From the NCBI GenBank assembly GCA_963700145.1, contig OY969474.1:3808001-3872000 (forward strand): DNA of 64,000 bases, given 5' to 3'. Origin of the DNA: an uncultured Acidobacteriota bacterium. GTDB taxonomy: Bacteria; Acidobacteriota; Thermoanaerobaculia; Multivoradales; UBA5704. The position numbers were made by a program, and so were the translations under genes. Shown here piece by piece: positions 58,401-64,000 of this stretch (positions within the stretch are counted from its first letter, which is position 1; every line of letters starts with the position of its first letter). Under the pieces are notes generated by a model. It did no database searches. It was not told the DNA's origin and saw only the letters and a list, made by a program, of their open reading frames with translations.

Positions 58401-61400
58401 CTCTCCGGCGTCCGCTACCGCCTCGACTACGGGCTCTCGGCGCTGCTGAGCGGCCGGCTCGTCCTCGACCTGCCGGCCGCCGGGCGCTCGCGCCTCTCCG
58501 GGCGGCTGACCCTCGACCGCGGCCTGCTCGACCGCAACGTCAACCTCGACCGCGAGGTGCGTGCCCTCCTCTTCGCTGCCGAGGACCTCCCCGGCACCGA
58601 GGAGAGTGCGCTCGCGGCGATCGACCTCGACCTGGCGGTGGACACCGTCGACGGCGTCCGCGTGCGCAACAACGTCGCCGACCTGCGCGCCTGGTGGCAG
58701 TCGCTGGAGGTCACCGGCACCCCCGAGCTGCCGGTCGTCGAGGGGCGGATCGAGCTCGACCCGGGCGGCCTCCTCTTCGCCTACGGGCAGACCGTGCGGA
58801 TCGACAGCGGCGCGCTGGTCTTCACCGGCGACCCGCTCATCGACCCGCTGGTCGAGCTCACCACGACCAGCTCGCTCCAAGACCCGACGATCGCGCGCCT
58901 GCGCGGCGACGAGAGCCCGCTCGACCTCCTCGACCCGTCCGGGGCGGAGCCGGCGAGTGCCGGCGCCCGGGACGCGCTCGCCGCCGGCTTGGCCGGCTAC
59001 TACGGCACGCGCGCCCTCTCCCGGCTCGGCGAGTCGGTCGGCCTCCAGCGCATCGCCCTCCGCCCCGTCCTGGTCTTCCAGGAGACGGACCCGAGCGCCC
59101 GGCTCGACCTCGGCCACGACCTCTCGCCGCACGCCGCCTTCGCCCTCTCGATCGACCTGCGGAACGCCGAACGCCGCACCTATCTGCTCGACCTCCACGG
59201 CTTCCGCGAGCTGCCGGGCCTGGCGCTGCAGGGCTTCGTCAACGACGAGGGGCGCGAAGGGGCGAGCCTGCAGCAGGTCCTGGAGCTGGGCGGCGGGCGC
59301 CCGCCGGCGGAGGCGGGGCCGCGCCTGCGCCGCCTGCGCCTGGAGGCGCCCGGCGGCGCGCTCCGCCGCCGGGCCCTCCGCCGCGCCGTGCCGCTGGAGC
59401 GCGGCGCGCCGGTGCCGGAGAGCGCCCCCTTCGACGTCGAGGTCGTCCTCGCCGACACCCTCCGCCGCCGGGGTCACCCCGATCCGCGGATCGCTGTCGC
59501 GGTCGTTCCCGTCGAAGGGCGCCCGGGGCGGGTGGACGTCGAGGTCCGCGTCGAGCCCGGTCCGCGGGCGGAGCTCGTCTTCGCCGGCGACCGGCCGCCC
59601 GCGGCCGTCCGCCGCGAGATCGCCGCCCTCTATCGCACCGACTTCTACGAGCCGGCGTCGATCGAGGAGATGAAGGAGGAGGCGGTCCGCGCCTTGCGCG
59701 GCCGCGGCCACCTCGACCCGCGGGTCGAGGTCGAGGTGGAGGCGCGGCCGGACGGCGCGCGCACCGTCACCGTGCGCTCGGAGGCGGGGCCGCGGGTGGA
59801 GCTGCGTGAGCTGGCGATCGCCGGGCTCGACGCCGAGGCGGCGGCCGTCGCCGCCTGGCGCTTCGCCGGCACCCTCGCCCGCGCCGAGCTGGCCGCGGGG
59901 CTGCCGGGCGCCGACCGCCGCCTCATCGAGACGCTCCGCGCCCTCGGCTATCCGGAGGCGAAGATCCTCGGCCGGACGCTCGAGGAGGACGGCAAGCGGC
60001 TCTCCGTCCAGGTCGAGCCCGGCGAGCGACAGGTCGTCGAAAGGGTCGCGCTCTCGGGGGTCGGGGAGGAGGAGCGGCGGCGGCTCGCGGCGCTTCTGCC
60101 CGTCGCCCCGGGTGACCCGGTGCGGCTCGACCGCATCGCCGAGGGGGCGCTCCTCCTCGAGCGCGCGCTCGCCGCCGAGGGGCACCCCGATGCCGTGATC
60201 CGGCCGTCGGTGCTGCCGGGCGCGGCCGCGTCCCTCCGTCCGCTCGCGATGGAGGTCCATTACGCGGTCGCGCCGGGGCCGCGGCTCGAGCTGGCCGGCG
60301 TCGAGTTCCAAGGCGAGCGCTGGACGCGGCCGGCGCGACTCCAGCGGATCGCCGGGCTCGAAACGGGGGGTCCGTTCACCGCCGGCGCCGTCGAGGAGGC
60401 GCGGGCCCGCCTCTTCCGTAGCGGCAGCTTCGCGCGCGTCACCGCCGAGGTGGACCGCCCGGGAGACGGCGCGGCGCGCGTCCGCTTCTCCCTCGCCGAG
60501 CGGCCGCGCTTCCACCTCGGCTACGGCGTGCGCTGGGAGAGCACCGTCGGTCCAGCCGCCGTGGTCGATCTCGTGGACGCCAACTTCCTGGGCCGCGGCC
60601 TGACCCTCGGCCTGCGCGGCCTCTACGAGACCGACGACCGGAGCGGCCGCCTCTTCCTACGCACCGGCGCCTTCTCCCGCGCCGGGCTGTCGCTCGAGGC
60701 GTACGCCCAGGGGCGCCGCCGGCTGCCCGAGGAGAACCTCGTCGAGGACAGCCTGGAGACGGCGCTCCAGCTCGCCCGCCCCCTCGGCGCGCGGACCACC
60801 GCGCGGCTCTACGCCCGCTACCGCACGACGCGTCTCTTCGAAGAGGAGCCCGATCCCTTCTTCCCGCTCGAGATCGAGATCACCCATCCCTACCTCGGCA
60901 CGCAGCTCCTCTACGACGCCCTCGACGACCCGCTCGACCCGGCGGACGGCCTCTTCGCGAGCTTCGATCTCTCCGGCAGCGGGCCCCTCGTCAGCAGCGA
61001 TTTCGAGTACGCCAGGATGTTCGGGCAGCTGCAGCTCTATCGCGCCGCCGCGGCGGGCGGGCGGCGCTTGGTCTGGGCGCAGTCGCTGCGGCTGGGATGG
61101 GCGCAGGCCTTCGGCGGCCAGGAGCTCCTCCGTTTCGAGCGCTTCTTCGCCGGCGGCGAGCACTCGGTGCGCGGCTACCCGACGGAGGGCTTGGGGCCGC
61201 GGGAAGTGCTGGGGGACCTCACGCGGCCGCTCGGCGGCGAGGCGCTGCTCGTCCTCAACGAGGAGCTGCGGATGCGGCTGCCTTGGGACCTGACCGGCCT
61301 CGTCTTCCTCGACGCCGGCCAAGTATGGACGGACGCCGCCGACTTCGGCTCGGACCTGGCCACCGCCCTCGGGCTCGGGCTGCGCGCGCAGACCCCGATC

Positions 61401-61493
61401 GGCCTCCTCCGCCTCGACGCCGCCTTCCCCCTCGACCGCCGCCCGGGCGACGAGAGCTGGCGCCTCTACGTCGGCTTCGGCAACGCGTTCTGA
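55461..61493 (+). CDS. TamB (AsmA-like/DUF490) fused to POTRA domains and an Omp85 (TamA/BamA-type) barrel
   Basis: RRRRR plus N-terminal TM; long beta-rich TamB-like region; POTRA-like repeats; 'NFLGRG', 'RFFAGGEHSVRGY', 'GLGLR..TPIG.LRLD', terminal 'GNAF'; one open frame of 2010 aa. Confidence 0.87.
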   Translation: MLEPHPPPAGESPPVKPPRIRRRRRLVLLILSLVIGLPLLAVLATVAGLRSAAVRRALLARVSTYLDRELGLAFAAADFDFRLDGVELEDVRLGAPGAAPLLTAERIVAGVDYGTLRSAVLVIRRLEVVAPRLDLAAPFPELPAAEPAAPPGFEIRRLVLRRGAIAGAPPSGKAAEWVRSWQVGAISGRGSFVAGTWTLALDGARGRLERPGFEPLDLDLAGRARYRDGRPLEIAALRATGDGLRLSGSGTVGLGPGQPTAVELQVEAEPRLFAAGAPPGGVVRAEGTLRLPESTGRLALSAGAFPAEALRPYLDRELFAGVELAGTVADARATLVVGPGSLARIAGAATATWRRGSRRLARAAGSVEPGPEGAVRLVAEVDLLPDSAGRRYVHGTVAAASLAGLGEGTAERIAAELRAPDARTAWEELRSLWPRFVPAIPAGAPVQGAIAADVTLAGPLASPRAELAASWTPAAGSRVRIEAEGFPRSGSGSAAVDFEALPVALLGPLAGTPEGWAGTLSGRLDLSGSRAGLHARLDATGNELAAPAAAGTTATAERLHVVLDGDVGLEPLSWAGTYTLDLSGLDAPGTVRAAAVRVEGDGRFAGALAGLAGTARLAGSTIEIAAAGTALDALALDASVGGSELRLASFSAAAGERTLAGSGRFLLEPLLAEADLDLRLGGVHAALREAALTAALRGGTLSISAPRIDSAAGLASLEATVPLGALRAIPQLAAALDALPFAPAAGPVSLRLRAPALDSAPLLAALALAPRPERLRAGLAADLTFDPASPAAGRGEVRLEGLTVETPDARAAAEDPAVARLGGGRLELLPVRVRFAGGAVAGAGAGVELSGHADLDPAWRPQHDPPAALFSRLALDAAGTLDAAVLNPYLAGGAGAGALSLTAAVSGPPDALAAEVRAAGPEASFFWAAPYATRLQAPEAVLALRGGRWRLERGSALWNGGALAASGGSRPEGGAALAFDLSGVRYRLDYGLSALLSGRLVLDLPAAGRSRLSGRLTLDRGLLDRNVNLDREVRALLFAAEDLPGTEESALAAIDLDLAVDTVDGVRVRNNVADLRAWWQSLEVTGTPELPVVEGRIELDPGGLLFAYGQTVRIDSGALVFTGDPLIDPLVELTTTSSLQDPTIARLRGDESPLDLLDPSGAEPASAGARDALAAGLAGYYGTRALSRLGESVGLQRIALRPVLVFQETDPSARLDLGHDLSPHAAFALSIDLRNAERRTYLLDLHGFRELPGLALQGFVNDEGREGASLQQVLELGGGRPPAEAGPRLRRLRLEAPGGALRRRALRRAVPLERGAPVPESAPFDVEVVLADTLRRRGHPDPRIAVAVVPVEGRPGRVDVEVRVEPGPRAELVFAGDRPPAAVRREIAALYRTDFYEPASIEEMKEEAVRALRGRGHLDPRVEVEVEARPDGARTVTVRSEAGPRVELRELAIAGLDAEAAAVAAWRFAGTLARAELAAGLPGADRRLIETLRALGYPEAKILGRTLEEDGKRLSVQVEPGERQVVERVALSGVGEEERRRLAALLPVAPGDPVRLDRIAEGALLLERALAAEGHPDAVIRPSVLPGAAASLRPLAMEVHYAVAPGPRLELAGVEFQGERWTRPARLQRIAGLETGGPFTAGAVEEARARLFRSGSFARVTAEVDRPGDGAARVRFSLAERPRFHLGYGVRWESTVGPAAVVDLVDANFLGRGLTLGLRGLYETDDRSGRLFLRTGAFSRAGLSLEAYAQGRRRLPEENLVEDSLETALQLARPLGARTTARLYARYRTTRLFEEEPDPFFPLEIEITHPYLGTQLLYDALDDPLDPADGLFASFDLSGSGPLVSSDFEYARMFGQLQLYRAAAAGGRRLVWAQSLRLGWAQAFGGQELLRFERFFAGGEHSVRGYPTEGLGPREVLGDLTRPLGGEALLVLNEELRMRLPWDLTGLVFLDAGQVWTDAADFGSDLATALGLGLRAQTPIGLLRLDAAFPLDRRPGDESWRLYVGFGNAF

Positions 61494-61593
61494 ACCGCAG
61501 GAATCATCGCAACGGATCGACTCCAGCTCGAAGTCTCTCCGATACAATCTGAGGCATGGCTGAAGTCACTCGCCGGCGCACAGGCATGGTGGC

Positions 61594-61842
61594 ATGAGCA
61601 CCTTGATTGACAAGCCCCTGAGCGCCCGTCACCGGGACGGCAAGATCCACATCACGATGGAGAGCGGCCTCGAAGTCGCTTTCCCCGTGAAGGGCAACCC
61701 GCGCCTGGAAGGCAGGTCCCCTGCCGAGCTCGACCAGATCGAGCTCTCTCCGTTCGGCCTGCACTGGCCCGAGCTAGACGAGGATCTCTCGATCCGCGGG
61801 ATCCTCTCCGGGAACTACGGCCAACGCCGGCAGGCGGCCTAA
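61594..61842 (+). CDS. DUF2442 family protein (orphan TA-type antitoxin)
   Basis: 'PRL', 'GLHWPELDEDLSI.GIL.G'. Confidence 0.85.
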   Translation: MSTLIDKPLSARHRDGKIHITMESGLEVAFPVKGNPRLEGRSPAELDQIELSPFGLHWPELDEDLSIRGILSGNYGQRRQAA

Positions 61843-61857
61843 AAGCCGCCCGTACCC

Positions 61858-62715
61858 CTACCGCTTCGCCGCCCTGAGGACGGCTTTGGCGCGCTCGGCT
61901 TCGGGGGCGTTGGGGGCGAGGGCGATGAAGCGCTCGAGGTCGTTGATCAGCAGGTCCTTGCGCCCCAGCTTCTCGGCGGCGAGGCCGCGGTAGTAGTAGG
62001 CGTAGGCGAGCCCCGAGTCCATGGCGATGGCCCGGTCGAGCTGCTCGACCGCCGCCCCCCACTGCTCCTGGAAGGCGCGGGTGACGCCGATCTGGAAAGG
62101 CACCAGCGCGTTGCCGCCGTCGGCGCCGCGGGCCCGCTCGAAGGCCGCGACCGCCTGGTCGAACTGCCGCAGCCGCTGCTGGGCGAGCCCGAGGTAGTAG
62201 TCCTTCTCGCGCCCGCCGCCGCCGGCCTGCGCCAGCTCGGCGGCGCGGCGGAAGGCGGCGTCGGCTTGGCCGCTGTTGCGCTGCCGCAGGTAGACCTCGC
62301 CCAGAAACACGTGGGGCGCCGGATCGGCCGGCGCGAGCTGCGCCGCCCTCTGCAGCCGCGCGGCGGCGTCGCCGTAGCGCTGCTCCTGCTCGAGCACCCG
62401 CCCGAGCGCCACCGCCACGTGCGCGTTCTGCTCGGCCTGGCCGGCGACCCCGTCGATGGCGGCCCGCGCCTCCGCCGTCCTGTGCTCGCGGAGCTTGCGG
62501 TCGACCGTGCCGACGGCGGGCGGCGGCGGCTCGGCAGGTGCGGGGGCCGGGGCGGCGGCCGGCTGCTGCGGCTGCCCTTTGGGCGGCGGCGGCGGCTTCT
62601 TCCCCTTGCCCTTGCCGCCCTGCGCCGCGGCGGACGCGGGCAGGAGCAGGAGCGCGCAAAGGACGGCGAGCGAGAGAGACAGGTGGCGCGGGAGACGCGA
62701 GGTGGTACGACGCAT
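61858..62715 (-). CDS. Secreted tetratricopeptide repeat protein
   Basis: Signal peptide, Pro-rich linker, TPR motifs ('HVFLGEVY', 'YYLGLA', 'AYYYRGLA'). Confidence 0.88.
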   Translation of the reverse strand: MRRTTSRLPRHLSLSLAVLCALLLLPASAAAQGGKGKGKKPPPPPKGQPQQPAAAPAPAPAEPPPPAVGTVDRKLREHRTAEARAAIDGVAGQAEQNAHVAVALGRVLEQEQRYGDAAARLQRAAQLAPADPAPHVFLGEVYLRQRNSGQADAAFRRAAELAQAGGGGREKDYYLGLAQQRLRQFDQAVAAFERARGADGGNALVPFQIGVTRAFQEQWGAAVEQLDRAIAMDSGLAYAYYYRGLAAEKLGRKDLLINDLERFIALAPNAPEAERAKAVLRAAKR

Positions 62716-62749
62716 TGGTGTTCTCCGAGGTTGGATCAGTATACGGCGG

Positions 62750-64000
62750 CTACTTCAGCTCTACCTCCTCCAGCTTGCCCAAGTAGAGCGCGTTCCACAG
62801 CATCTTCAGCGTGCGCAGGGTCTGGGCGCGGTGCTGGGGGCGGAAGGCGAAGAGAACGACTCGGCCCTTGCCGACGGTGAAGTCGACGAGGGCGACGCGC
62901 CGCTCGAGCTTCTCGCCGCCTTTCAGGTAGCCGGAGAGGAGGATGTCGCGCGCGTCGCCGGGGTAGGTGGCGACGAGGCGGCGGGTGAAGCGGGCGTCGG
63001 TGGGGGAGGTCTCGAGGGCCGGCGAGTCGGAGAAGTAGATCCCCTCCTCGGGCTCCAGGCCGTAGGCGATCGGGTGGGTCGGGTCGAGCCGCACGCGCAG
63101 GGTCGAGCCGGGGGCGTGGAAGTCGTCCTCGGAGACCTTGGCGAGGACGTCGCGCGCCGGCAGCGCGAAGAGGTCGAGGACGTACTCGGCCGCCGAGTCG
63201 AGCGCCACCAGCGTCCCGCCCTCCTCGACCCACTTCTTGATTTGCTTTCCCCCCTCCTCGCCCAGGCCGCCGGCGTAGGGCGGCGGCAGCGGGTCCCAGA
63301 AGCGGCGCGACTCGTCCGAGGAGGGCTCGCCCTTCTGGAGAATGTCCTTGCCGACGTCGGGCAGGAGGAGCACGTCCACCTTGCCGCGGAAGGCGCCCTT
63401 CCGCACCTCCTCGTTCTCCAGGCTCTCGAGCGGGAAGCCGTAGCGCTCCAAGAGGAACCGCGTCCACCCCTCGTCCATGCTCGCCACCCACGGCTTGTAG
63501 AGCCCGACGCGCACCGGCCGCACGCGGTAGGCGGGACCGACCGGGGCGGCGGCGAGCGGCGCCACCGGCACCCGCGCCGCGCGCGACAATTCGGTCAGCT
63601 CGCCGGGCGTCGCCGCGTCGCGCGGCACGTAGAGGTCGCCGCGGCCGGCGTCCGCGGTCCCGGCGGCCGGCTCGCGCAGCCAGTAGACCGCCTTGCCGCC
63701 GGCGAGCAGCTTGTTGAGCGCGACGAACGCCGAGTCCGCGGCGTGCGGGATGAGCCAGCCGCCGGCCGCCGCCGCCACCTCGCCTCCCGGCCACTCCACC
63801 TCCGCGACCGCGCGCAGCTCGCCGCGCGGCGGCTCCGCCGCCTCCACCACCTCGACGCCCATCTGCAGCGGGAAGGACCAGGAGGTGACGTCGTAGGGCG
63901 GCAGCACCGGCCCGCCTTCGTAGGCCACGACCTCCGGGTAACGCTGCGGGCGGAGGACCGAGAGGAGGAAGGCGCGGTAGGACTGGGCGGCGGGGACGAC
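62750..64000 (-). CDS. C-terminal part of a large M14-type zinc carboxypeptidase family protein (runs off window)
   Basis: 'PPYDVTSWS.PLQMGV', 'SMDEGWTRF', 'GGTLV', 'FRPQHRAQ'; frame open to the window end; catalytic domain not in window. Confidence 0.75.
   Translation of the reverse strand, partial: VVPAAQSYRAFLLSVLRPQRYPEVVAYEGGPVLPPYDVTSWSFPLQMGVEVVEAAEPPRGELRAVAEVEWPGGEVAAAAGGWLIPHAADSAFVALNKLLAGGKAVYWLREPAAGTADAGRGDLYVPRDAATPGELTELSRAARVPVAPLAAAPVGPAYRVRPVRVGLYKPWVASMDEGWTRFLLERYGFPLESLENEEVRKGAFRGKVDVLLLPDVGKDILQKGEPSSDESRRFWDPLPPPYAGGLGEEGGKQIKKWVEEGGTLVALDSAAEYVLDLFALPARDVLAKVSEDDFHAPGSTLRVRLDPTHPIAYGLEPEEGIYFSDSPALETSPTDARFTRRLVATYPGDARDILLSGYLKGGEKLERRVALVDFTVGKGRVVLFAFRPQHRAQTLRTLKMLWNALYLGKLEEVELK

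Overview
Very GC-rich bacterial chromosome segment; gene content (CSLREA protein with a Cys-bracketed C-terminal domain, IPTL-CTERM protein, TonB receptor, Omp85 protein) suggests a diderm Acidobacteriota/Thermoanaerobaculia-like organism (inference). In order: a minus-strand PIG-L deacetylase / two GT-C-like membrane proteins / Fe3+-type ABC transporter / MFS operon; sucA; a ~600-bp array with strict 21-bp periodicity beside a BrnT/BrnA module; two damaged convergent genes; purE behind a MazEF-type module; acs; DUF2339-DUF3999; LiaF-LytS-LytTR; a TonB receptor preceded by an RGPP-tailed secreted protein; ArsR-SRPBCC; a gas-vesicle cluster; ~600 bp of nested inverted repeats; a complete suf operon; a sensor-less hybrid kinase; glycosyltransferases; and a 2010-aa TamB-TamA(Omp85) fusion. 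Best candidates for new biology: (1) the gas-vesicle cluster, which has no gvpN/gvpC in the window but embeds a PAS kinase + receiver and a tandem Get3/ArsA-like ATPase with no canonical start codon and in-frame REP insertions; (2) the single-chain TamB-TamA fusion; (3) the 21-bp phased arrays flanking brnTA. All calls are by eye from motifs; no database searches were run.
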